Source: a virus
Taxonomy: Duplodnaviria > Caudoviricetes
Length of the DNA: 25,705 nucleotides
Direction: 5' to 3' (one strand)
IMG/VR virus record: IMGVR_UViG_3300025848_000174
Location: 1 to 25,705 of that record
Shown here piece by piece: positions 16,399 through 24,826 of the stretch (position 1 is the stretch's first letter; every line of letters begins with the position of its first letter). The notes below the pieces were generated by a model. The model saw nothing but the letters and a program-made list of their open reading frames with translations, was not told the DNA's origin and did not search any database. The position numbers and the translations under genes were made by a program.

Positions 16399-16406
16399 AC
16401 ATTTAC
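16399..16406 (+). promoter_or_regulatory. Putative late promoter element ACATTTAC
   Basis: 4 nt upstream of the ATG at 16411, as at two other operon starts. Confidence 0.5.
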
Positions 16407-16410
16407 CCGT

Positions 16411-17058
16411 ATGGAAACAACCATACTTGCGAATGGCCAACCCGTAGGTAAGTTCGGTAGCGGTTCGATGAAGGGTATCGACCAAACCGCCTTGGAGGGC
16501 ATTGGTTCAATCGTAGGTCCCAAGGGTGGAGGCAAGTCCCCAGCCCATGATGTCTTGGTCAAGTGGATTGAACGGGTCATCGAACTTGCGAAGAAGAACC
16601 TCGAAGCAGCGAACGCAAATGCAGGGGGAACGCTATCCGCATCCATCGCCCCCGAAGACATCGAACTATCGGCAAAGCAAATCGTCGTGGCTATCATGGC
16701 CAACCCCTATTGGAAGTATGTTGACCAAGGGGTGCGAGGCAAAACGTCAAGCGTAAAGGCTCCGAGGTCGCCATTCCAATACAGGGACAAGTTCCCACCC
16801 GCTCAAGCCATGGCTGATTGGATAGCCAACAAGGAAAAAGCAGTTGTGCCAACCTATTCCCGTGAACTCAAGCGGATGCGGACGAAGCAGGAGCAGGGAT
16901 TGGTCGATGGCAGGTCGGTAGCCTATTGGGTATTCCAGCGAGGAACACGGGCCACGAACTTCATGTCTAACGCCCTATCCCCCGAAATGATAGACGTTTT
17001 GGTGAACACAATCGCTGAAACCCTTGGCAAACCCATAAGCGTAGCAACCAAACTATAA
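16411..17058 (+). CDS. Putative tail completion/neck protein (HK97 gp10-like)
   Basis: GGTLSASI, YWKYVDQGVRG and GTRATNFM pattern; basic protein. Confidence 0.6.
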   Translation: METTILANGQPVGKFGSGSMKGIDQTALEGIGSIVGPKGGGKSPAHDVLVKWIERVIELAKKNLEAANANAGGTLSASIAPEDIELSAKQIVVAIMANPYWKYVDQGVRGKTSSVKAPRSPFQYRDKFPPAQAMADWIANKEKAVVPTYSRELKRMRTKQEQGLVDGRSVAYWVFQRGTRATNFMSNALSPEMIDVLVNTIAETLGKPISVATKL

Positions 17059-17059
17059 A

Positions 17060-18253
17060 ATGGCAACAACCGTCCTATCAGGGTCGCCCCAAGCAGCGAC
17101 ACCCGTTTACAACAAGATGATATTCAAAGTCAGCGGTTCGCTGATTGCACAACCCAACTACCGTTACGTCTGCGATGTGAAGAACCCAGCAGGGACGACC
17201 CTTGCACGGCTCAAGTGCGACAAACTGCCCACCACCAACTTCGGGTTCTTTGACGTTGCCAAGGTCGTTGAAACGCTGATTGCACCGACCAAGCCAACCT
17301 TGACCCAAACGGGCTTCGTTGACCATGCCGGGTATTATGCTGGGTACCGATTGGACTTCATGGAGGAATACGGAAACACTCCAGTCGTTTACACGGGAAC
17401 GGTTACAACCGTGTCGGGGAATGTTGCCTTTGCAGGAAACTTGGAGCAACTCGAACTTGCGACTTGGAGTGGTGGTCTGTACTTTCCGAGCGGTGCTATC
17501 GTCAACGAAACGACCCGGATGCTGACAACCCCGACGACTCGCACGGTCTATGCGGACGGCTACGGATGGCTTTCCATTGGGCAGTTCAACTATGGGGTCA
17601 ATAACGCTTACGTTCAGTATTGGAACGCAACAGGAGCGACCCATGCAAGACAGTTCGAAGTGTTAGCGTCGAATGTATCGGGTTCGAATGTCATCCGCTT
17701 CGGGGTCGGGCCGATGAACCTCAAAGCCCTCACGTCGGGGCAATGCTCGGACGGATTGGCAGGGTCGGTCAACTTCCAAGGCAATGCAGGGGACTTCTAC
17801 GACGTTTACTTCCAAAAGGGGGCGAACATCACGATTCGTCAGAGGTACGTCATCGGGCAATGTCAGCGATTCAACTCCATCCCGGTACACTTTCAAAACA
17901 AGTACGGAGGTATTGACTCCTACACCTTCACGCTGAAAAACCGCAAGAGGGCCAACATCAGCAGGCAGACGTTCGGGTACAACTCGGACGTTTATGCGAC
18001 CACTACCTACGACAAAGTGTGGGCAGGCGACTTTGACTACGTTTACGCACTCAACTCGGATTGGCTGACCGATGCCGAATCGGCTTGGTTGATTGAGATG
18101 ATCCGATCCGGGCAAGTATGGCTTGAACTGGATGGGCAGTTAGTGGAAGCAATTGTGAACGCCAACACTTACCAATTCACGACTCGCAGGAACGACCGCC
18201 TCACCCAGTTGCAGGTTGAGGTTGCAATCGCTTACAAGAACAACATCCTATGA
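17060..18253 (+). CDS. Putative minor tail/structural protein
   Basis: 397 aa, beta-rich and T/S/G-rich; FQNKYGGIDSYTF and LNSDWL; located in the tail module. Confidence 0.65.
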   Translation: MATTVLSGSPQAATPVYNKMIFKVSGSLIAQPNYRYVCDVKNPAGTTLARLKCDKLPTTNFGFFDVAKVVETLIAPTKPTLTQTGFVDHAGYYAGYRLDFMEEYGNTPVVYTGTVTTVSGNVAFAGNLEQLELATWSGGLYFPSGAIVNETTRMLTTPTTRTVYADGYGWLSIGQFNYGVNNAYVQYWNATGATHARQFEVLASNVSGSNVIRFGVGPMNLKALTSGQCSDGLAGSVNFQGNAGDFYDVYFQKGANITIRQRYVIGQCQRFNSIPVHFQNKYGGIDSYTFTLKNRKRANISRQTFGYNSDVYATTTYDKVWAGDFDYVYALNSDWLTDAESAWLIEMIRSGQVWLELDGQLVEAIVNANTYQFTTRRNDRLTQLQVEVAIAYKNNIL

Positions 18254-20475
18254 GCGTCACGCTGATTGCCTACCCTCTCAACGATTCCGACGTTGAGGTT
18301 CCCTATGTGGTTGACACAATGGGTGGCACGGACATCGCCATCACGTTCAGCATCGACGACATAAACGACATCACTAAGCGGAGAGGGTCATTTTCCAAGA
18401 CCATCACGTTGCCTAATACGACAACCAACGCAAGCCTGTTCAAGTTTGCCTACAACGTGCAGTCCTTCGTGGGTGGATTCCAACCCAACAAGAAGATTCG
18501 TGCTGCTATGTGGGAGGATGGGGTCCAAGTGTTCAGCGGTGCGATGCAACTCCTCTCGATGTCCAAGACCAAAGATGAAGTAACTTATGAAGTCGGCCTG
18601 TTCTCCGAGGATGTGAGCCTATTTCAAGACATCCAAAACAACCTGCTTGTGAACACGGCTGGGGTTACAGGGATGAACCACACGCTGACCTCTGCTCATG
18701 TTTCTGCGACTTGGACCGCATCGGGTGCGAGCGGTTACGTTTACGGCTTGGTGGATGCCTACGGGGCCACCGATGTAATCACGCAAGGTTGGTTTGCGGT
18801 TCCTTATTGGAAGATGGGGCCGTCCATTTACGTCAAGAAGATGGTAGACCTGATTTTTGCACAGGCAGGCTATCGGTACTCTTCCAACTTCTTCAACTCG
18901 ACCCTATTCAAGAAACTGGTCATCCCCTACTCTGCCGGGACGATACCCGTTACCCTGTCCGGGTCGAACATCTTTGCCCAAACTACTGGCAATATAAATG
19001 CATTCGGGACATCGTTTACAAAAGCGTTTTTCCAAAACGATTCCGTTGCTCCCTATTATGACCGAAGCGGTTATTGGGTTGCATCGTCCAGCACGTTTGT
19101 CGCTCCTACATTGCCGACAAGATGGAATGTCAGTTTTAATTTCAAACCAGCAACGGCATCGCCAATAAACAGGGATTCTCAAGGTGTTTTGAGGTTGTTG
19201 GATATTGACACAAGCGGAACCATTGAAAGCCAAACGGTCATCCTGTCAATCACTACAAACTCGTCCGCAGTTTTTCAAAACGTGCAATTAAACGAGAATC
19301 AGCGTGTCATTGTAGAATACAGGGAGGATAGAAATGCATTGACCACTTTGCCATCTGGCTCTACAATTCTTTGGGAGTGCCTTGAAAACCCCCAAAGCAT
19401 CGGAGTCGTTGATATGCGGACCGCACTCCCTGCTGACGTGAAGCAGAGCGACCTGCTCGTTGACCTGCAAAAGATGTTCAACCTTTACTTCATGCCCGAT
19501 GCACAGGACCCCAAACTCCTGTACATCGAGCCGTTTAAGGACTTCTACTCAAGCGAAGCCATTGACTGGACGCAGAAGGTTGACGAGAACCAAGAGCAAG
19601 TGCTGACCAATGGCGACCCCAACCAATACAAGTCGCTTGTGTTTAAGTACAAAGACATGGGCGATTACTTGTCCAAGACCTACAAGTCAAGCAATCCGCT
19701 TGCGAAGGAAGGGTACGGAGGCCGTCAGTTCTTGACGCAGAACTTCTACGGCAAGTCCGAGTTTGTCTGCGAAACAATGGCCGGTACGCTTATACCGGGG
19801 TCGTTCACGACCGACAAGGTCATCGGCAGGGCTTGGGACTTGGAAGGCAGCACGGCAAGCGGTACGGTCAAGCAGTTGAACACGGGCTACCGATTAGCGC
19901 AGTACAACTCCATTGCTCAAGGCACAACGTCTTGGTTCTATCAAACAGGCGTGAGCGGTTCGTTTGCTACGGGTGAATACGTCGCCAACGTACCATTCGT
20001 GAGCCACATCGACAACCCCTATGCACCGACCGAGGACCTTGCCTTTGGTATTCCGAGGCAGGTCTTCTACAATGCGGTCAACGCAAGCGGTACGCCAATC
20101 ACCTACACGAACAACAACCTTTACAACAAGTATTGGCTGAATTACATCACCGAAACGACCTCCAAGGAAGCCTTGCAGTTGGAGTTGACGGCGGTCTTGA
20201 ACTGCGTGGACATCTATCAACTTGATTTCCGAAAGCCGATTTATTACAACGGAATACGATGGAGGTTGCTTGAGATTCGGGACTATACCGTAGGCGAAGC
20301 AAAGCCTTGCCGGGTAACGCTCCGAAGGATTCTCAACCTTGCAGAATTCGTGCCTGTAACGAGCGTCCCAATAACGAGCGACCCTGCTGGATTACCGAAC
20401 GGACCTATCGACCCCGACCCAGCAGACCCCGACTACGAAGCACCCATCAACCCTGAATTACCAACCCCCGGATAA
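18250..20475 (+). CDS. Putative tail tip/baseplate protein
   Basis: 741 aa; N-terminal ITFSIDDINDITKRRGSFSKTITLP; adjacent to the tape measure; Pro/Asp-rich C-terminus. Confidence 0.7.
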   Translation: MSVTLIAYPLNDSDVEVPYVVDTMGGTDIAITFSIDDINDITKRRGSFSKTITLPNTTTNASLFKFAYNVQSFVGGFQPNKKIRAAMWEDGVQVFSGAMQLLSMSKTKDEVTYEVGLFSEDVSLFQDIQNNLLVNTAGVTGMNHTLTSAHVSATWTASGASGYVYGLVDAYGATDVITQGWFAVPYWKMGPSIYVKKMVDLIFAQAGYRYSSNFFNSTLFKKLVIPYSAGTIPVTLSGSNIFAQTTGNINAFGTSFTKAFFQNDSVAPYYDRSGYWVASSSTFVAPTLPTRWNVSFNFKPATASPINRDSQGVLRLLDIDTSGTIESQTVILSITTNSSAVFQNVQLNENQRVIVEYREDRNALTTLPSGSTILWECLENPQSIGVVDMRTALPADVKQSDLLVDLQKMFNLYFMPDAQDPKLLYIEPFKDFYSSEAIDWTQKVDENQEQVLTNGDPNQYKSLVFKYKDMGDYLSKTYKSSNPLAKEGYGGRQFLTQNFYGKSEFVCETMAGTLIPGSFTTDKVIGRAWDLEGSTASGTVKQLNTGYRLAQYNSIAQGTTSWFYQTGVSGSFATGEYVANVPFVSHIDNPYAPTEDLAFGIPRQVFYNAVNASGTPITYTNNNLYNKYWLNYITETTSKEALQLELTAVLNCVDIYQLDFRKPIYYNGIRWRLLEIRDYTVGEAKPCRVTLRRILNLAEFVPVTSVPITSDPAGLPNGPIDPDPADPDYEAPINPELPTPG

Positions 20476-21983
20476 TGGCAGTAACTAAAGAAATCGTCCT
20501 CGAAGTAGGGCTGAAAGACTCAACCGCACAAGGCACGACAAGTGCTAAGCAACGGCTCAGGGAACTTCAAAAGACGCTGACCGAGATGGCCTTGGCTGGG
20601 GAATCCGGGACCAAGGCTTTCAAGCAAATGGAGCAGGAGGCAGGGAAACTCAAGGACCAAATCGGGGACACCTCGCAGCGAATCAAAAACCTTGCATCGG
20701 ACACACGCAACATTGACACCTTCGTCGCTGGAATCCAAGGAATCACCGCTGGCTTTCAAATCGCTCAAGGTGCAGCAGCGTTGTTCGGGTCCGAGAACGA
20801 GGACTTGCAGAAGGCGTTGTTGAAGGTCCAAGGGGCGATGGCTTTGGCTAACGGAGTGCAACAGGTCGCCAACCTGCTGAACAAGGATAGCATCCTCATA
20901 ACCCAAGGCCAAACAGCAGCACAGGCACTCTACGCAACCGCAGTCGGGGCAAGCACAGGGGCCATGAAGGCGTTCCGAATCGCTTTGCTTGCTACGGGTA
21001 TCGGTGCAGCAGTCGCAGCCGTAGGGCTTTTGGTCGCCAAGTGGGATGAACTCACCGCAGCGGTCCGAAGGTTCCTGAACCTACCCGACCCAGCCATTGC
21101 AGCGAAGGCGAGGGAGGACGCAGCCCTTCGTGAAGAAGCAGCCCTCTCCAATTACCGGGATGCATACGAAGCCCATACAAACGCTCAAATCGCAGCAGAC
21201 CAAAAGAGGGAGGCACAACTCAAAGAACGCCAACGCAAGGAAGCAGAGGCCACCCAAAGGCGTTTGGAGCGGTTAAGGGAGGAAAACAACGCAATCATCA
21301 AGTTCGTGGAGGACTTGAACCTGCAACTATACGAAATGGAGTTGGATAGGTTGAGCCAACAGGAGCAACTGCAAATCAAGGCCATGCAAGCCGAAGCCAA
21401 GCGGCGGATGCAGGTGGACACGGCTGACGCAAAGTCCAAGATGGGCCAAGCCCAGCGTGAGGAAGACCTCGCTGGACTGCGTGAGAAATACGTTGGTCAG
21501 TCGTTTGCGGTCATCAACGACATCATCATCGCATCGGCAGGCAAGAGCGAGGCAGCGCAAAAGAGGGCCTTCAATGTCGCCAAGGCTGCATCCATCGCCC
21601 AAGCCATCGTGAACACCTACCTTGCCGTAAGTTCGGCACTTGCTTTGAAGCCGACTGAATCCGTATTCCCCGGACAAAGGTTTGTGGAGGCAGGTCTTGC
21701 CCTTGCTGCCGGTCTTGCAAACGTCGCCAAGATTAAGGCTCAACAATTCCAAGGCGGTGCAGGTGCAGGCTCTCCCGGTGCAGACGTAACGGGTGCAGGA
21801 GCAAGCGTTGCACCCCCTCCCATCTTTGCGAACCCACAAACGACCAACCTCGGCACGGGCGAACTCTCGGCAGGCCAAGGCCAAGGCTCATCCCCGATGC
21901 GAGCGTATGTGGTCGAGAGGGACATCACCCAAAGCACTCGGAGGGTTCGGAGGTTGGAGGAATTTGCAACTTTGGGGGCATAG
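20475..21983 (+). CDS. Tape measure protein (short)
   Basis: Ala/Gln-rich helical protein with hydrophobic segments (IALLATGIGAAVAAVGLLV) and coiled coils. Confidence 0.75.
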   Translation: MAVTKEIVLEVGLKDSTAQGTTSAKQRLRELQKTLTEMALAGESGTKAFKQMEQEAGKLKDQIGDTSQRIKNLASDTRNIDTFVAGIQGITAGFQIAQGAAALFGSENEDLQKALLKVQGAMALANGVQQVANLLNKDSILITQGQTAAQALYATAVGASTGAMKAFRIALLATGIGAAVAAVGLLVAKWDELTAAVRRFLNLPDPAIAAKAREDAALREEAALSNYRDAYEAHTNAQIAADQKREAQLKERQRKEAEATQRRLERLREENNAIIKFVEDLNLQLYEMELDRLSQQEQLQIKAMQAEAKRRMQVDTADAKSKMGQAQREEDLAGLREKYVGQSFAVINDIIIASAGKSEAAQKRAFNVAKAASIAQAIVNTYLAVSSALALKPTESVFPGQRFVEAGLALAAGLANVAKIKAQQFQGGAGAGSPGADVTGAGASVAPPPIFANPQTTNLGTGELSAGQGQGSSPMRAYVVERDITQSTRRVRRLEEFATLGA

Positions 21984-21992
21984 GACATTTAC
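21964..21992 (+). promoter_or_regulatory. Putative late promoter TTGCA-N16-ACATTTAC
   Basis: Same motif and spacing as the lysis-unit promoter; 4 nt before the ATG at 21997. Confidence 0.55.
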
Positions 21993-21996
21993 CACT

Positions 21997-22596
21997 ATGG
22001 AACTACCCATTTACAGGATGACCGTGGACGAGGTGGATGAAGGGGTGCAATTCGTGGCCCTGACCGATATGCCAGCCATCGAGCGACCATTCCAAGCCTT
22101 TGCAAAAGCCAAGCAGCGATTCACCGAAACAGGCGAACGCAGGGTCCTGACTGGGCCTCTCATGCTTGCAGATACCCCTATCTTCCGCAAGGACGAAACC
22201 TATGGCGAGTACTACGTCGTGTTTGACAAAGCGACCATCCGCAAAATCGTGCAGAAGTACTTTAAGCAGGGCAACCAGCATAACGTCAACGCCTACCACA
22301 ACGCAGAACTGGATGGGGTGTTTATGTTCGAGTCATTTATAACCGACTCCGAGCGTGGTATCATGCCACCGAAAGGATACGAGGATACACCCGACGGCTC
22401 TTGGTTCGGCTCCTTCAAGGTTGAGAACGACGAAGTGTGGGACAACCGCAACCTGTTCCGGGGTTTCTCCGTTGAGGGCCTGTTCGGAATGGATAAAACT
22501 GAATCCGAACTGGAGGTCGCACTCGCTGGCCTTGCCGATGAACTTACCGCTTTTTTGCAACAATTAACCCCCACCTACAAATCCAATCAACTATGA
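21997..22596 (+). CDS. Prohead serine protease (XkdF-like)
   Basis: VALTDMPAIE, LTGPLMLAD, NAYH, GSWFGSFKV and RGFSVEG; upstream of the scaffold and capsid genes. Confidence 0.82.
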   Translation: MELPIYRMTVDEVDEGVQFVALTDMPAIERPFQAFAKAKQRFTETGERRVLTGPLMLADTPIFRKDETYGEYYVVFDKATIRKIVQKYFKQGNQHNVNAYHNAELDGVFMFESFITDSERGIMPPKGYEDTPDGSWFGSFKVENDEVWDNRNLFRGFSVEGLFGMDKTESELEVALAGLADELTAFLQQLTPTYKSNQL

Positions 22597-23213
22597 ACCT
22601 AAAAAACGCAATCGAATCCCTGCGGACTGAACTCCGCAAATTCAGCACCCAAAAGCAGTCCTTCGCTGACTACAAGTTGACCGATGGCACGGTTGTCCGT
22701 GTTGACGGGGACCTCGTTGCCGGGACTGCCGTTTACGTCGTTGCCGAAGATGGCACACTTCCTGCACCCGATGGCGAACACGTCGTTGAGGGAGTTGGAA
22801 CAATCAAGACCGAAGGAGGCAAAATCGTTGAGGTCATCGCTGCCGAAGTACCAGTCGCTGCCCAAGAGGTTGAGATTGAAGTGGCTCCCGAAGAACCCGA
22901 AGCCCCCGAAATGCCCGAAGCCCCAATCGCTATGACTCCTGATATGGTCGAGGCCATCGTCGCCAAGCATCTTTCCGCTATCATGGAAGAACTCAAAGCA
23001 GCCTACGCTGAAATGGGAAAGATGAAGGAGAAAATGTCTGCATTCGCATCGCAGGTTGAAACGATGGCCGACATCGTTGAAAAGGTCAGCGAACTCCCAG
23101 CCGAAGCCCCCAAGGCAAGCGGTTCCGCAATCGTTGAGCAACGCAAGGCCCAAGCATCGCAGAACTTCAACGCACTCGCACAAGCACTCCAATCACTCAA
23201 ATCCAAAAACTAA
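22593..23213 (+). CDS. Putative capsid scaffolding protein
   Basis: Acidic, with APDGEH and a coiled-coil C-terminus; between the protease and capsid genes. Confidence 0.7.
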   Translation: MNLKNAIESLRTELRKFSTQKQSFADYKLTDGTVVRVDGDLVAGTAVYVVAEDGTLPAPDGEHVVEGVGTIKTEGGKIVEVIAAEVPVAAQEVEIEVAPEEPEAPEMPEAPIAMTPDMVEAIVAKHLSAIMEELKAAYAEMGKMKEKMSAFASQVETMADIVEKVSELPAEAPKASGSAIVEQRKAQASQNFNALAQALQSLKSKN

Positions 23214-23234
23214 ACCCCTAAACCCCCACTAACC

Positions 23235-24155
23235 ATGGCATTTACTTTTGCAGGATTAACCTCCTACACCGACCAAGAGAGGCTTCCTCTCATCACCAAA
23301 GCGGTATTTTCCGCTCGCTCTGCGTCTTTGTTCACCAAGCAGGTGGGCATCAAGTTCGCTGCTGCCCTCAACCTCATGGACACCGATGCAGTTCTGCAAG
23401 GCGGCGACCTTTGCGGTTACACAAGTTCAGGCACGACTGCGTTCACCCAGCGTAACATCACCGTTGGTCGTATGAAAGTGCAAGAAACCCTGTGTCCTCG
23501 TTCCTTGGAGCAATACTGGATGCAGACCCAGTTGACTGCTGGCTCTACCTACGATGGCGTTCCTTTCGAGCAGGCTTTCTCCGAGCAGAAGGCTCTCCGT
23601 ATCGCTGAGGCTTTGGAGAATGCAATTTGGCAGGGTAACGCTTACTTCAGCGGTATCAACCAACTTTTGAACGCTGCTTCGGGTTCTACCATCAGCGGTA
23701 ACACAGGTGCGGTTTCTGCGTCCGTTGGTATCACCGCATCGAATGTCATCGGCATCTTTGACGCTATCTACAACCAAATCCCACAGGCCATCCTGACCCG
23801 CAACGACCTCGTCATCTTCTGCGGGTGGAACAACTTCCGTACCTTGATTGGTGCTTTCAAAGCCTCTACAGGCGTTATGTACAACCAAGTTGACTTGGCT
23901 GGACTTGCTGACGGGGACATCATCTACCCCGGCACAAACGTCCGTGTAATCGCAGTTCCCGGCTTGACCAACACGAACCGCATCGTTGCGACCTACCTCG
24001 GCAACCTGTTCTACGGAACCGACTTGTTGAGCGACGAGGAGCAGTTCTCAATCTGGTTCAGCAAAGACAACGACGAAGTCCGCTTCCAAGCAGCCTTCAA
24101 AGCAGGTGTCCAGTTCGCTTATCCCGACCTGATTGTAGACTTCCGCTTGACCTAA
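23235..24155 (+). CDS. Major capsid protein
   Basis: 306 aa after the protease and scaffold; IAEALENAIWQG backbone-helix-like motif; strong codon bias; followed by a terminator. Confidence 0.82.
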   Translation: MAFTFAGLTSYTDQERLPLITKAVFSARSASLFTKQVGIKFAAALNLMDTDAVLQGGDLCGYTSSGTTAFTQRNITVGRMKVQETLCPRSLEQYWMQTQLTAGSTYDGVPFEQAFSEQKALRIAEALENAIWQGNAYFSGINQLLNAASGSTISGNTGAVSASVGITASNVIGIFDAIYNQIPQAILTRNDLVIFCGWNNFRTLIGAFKASTGVMYNQVDLAGLADGDIIYPGTNVRVIAVPGLTNTNRIVATYLGNLFYGTDLLSDEEQFSIWFSKDNDEVRFQAAFKAGVQFAYPDLIVDFRLT

Positions 24156-24162
24156 TGTGTAG

Positions 24163-24190
24163 GGGGGAGGGAAACCTCCCCCTGCTTTTT
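24163..24190 (+). terminator. Intrinsic terminator after the capsid gene
   Basis: GGGGGAGG-GAAA-CCTCCCCC stem-loop followed by TGCTTTTT. Confidence 0.8.
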
Positions 24191-24221
24191 GTTCCTTGAA
24201 ACTTAAAACCCAAATACACAT

Positions 24222-24749
24222 ATGTCCTGCTCCTTAACAACTGGCTACGCCCTCGGCTGCCGTGATTCCGTAGGTGGAATCAAAACAATTTACGTCCAAG
24301 GCTGGAATGCTACGGGAACCGTTAACACCAATGGCTCCGGTACTGTTACAGGCTTCACAGGTTTCTCTTCGGGTTTCTACGAGTACGACTTGACCAAGGC
24401 TACGTCATCTTTGACTGAAACCTTAAACGCAAGCATTGAGAACGGCTCGATTTACTACACCCCTGAGGTTACCTTTACCATCAACAAACTGCAAGTCGCA
24501 GTCCGCAACGAACTCCGTCTGCTTGCTCGCAACCGCTTGCTGGTCATCGTCCAAGACAACAACAACCGCTATTGGGTGTTGGGTGCTGCTAACGGCCTTG
24601 AGGCAACTGCTGGAACCGCTGGAACTGGTACTGCCTTCGGAGACCGAAATGGCTACGAAATGACGCTGACAGGGATGGAACCCGACCCAATGCTTTTGAT
24701 TGCGTCAACAACTTTTACACCGTTGGCAACACAAATAGCAGGCTCGTAG
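24222..24749 (+). CDS. Putative major tail (tube) protein
   Basis: 175 aa, T/G-rich; CRDSVGGIKTIY and DRNGYEMTLTGMEP; follows the capsid gene. Confidence 0.65.
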   Translation: MSCSLTTGYALGCRDSVGGIKTIYVQGWNATGTVNTNGSGTVTGFTGFSSGFYEYDLTKATSSLTETLNASIENGSIYYTPEVTFTINKLQVAVRNELRLLARNRLLVIVQDNNNRYWVLGAANGLEATAGTAGTGTAFGDRNGYEMTLTGMEPDPMLLIASTTFTPLATQIAGS

Positions 24750-24759
24750 TACATTCGCA

Positions 24760-24820
24760 TCAGGTTTTCATCATCTGAGGTTTGGGAGGGCAGTCAGTAA
24801 TGGCTGCCCTTCTTATTTTT
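24760..24820 (+). ncRNA. Candidate antisense sRNA ending in an intrinsic terminator
   Basis: Preceded by TACATTCG (near-consensus -7 element); 24762-24786 is complementary to early-gene start regions. Confidence 0.4.
24787..24820 (+). terminator. Intrinsic terminator
   Basis: AGGGCAGTCA-GTAA-TGGCTGCCCT stem-loop followed by TCTTATTTTT. Confidence 0.75.
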
Positions 24821-24826
24821 ACGGCC

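Noticed and set aside
17078-23888. Long minus-strand ORFs (17078-17644, 21327-21884, 22599-23192, 23427-23888 and others)
   Set aside because: They lie antisense to well-supported genes and have no recognisable motifs; expected from codon bias.
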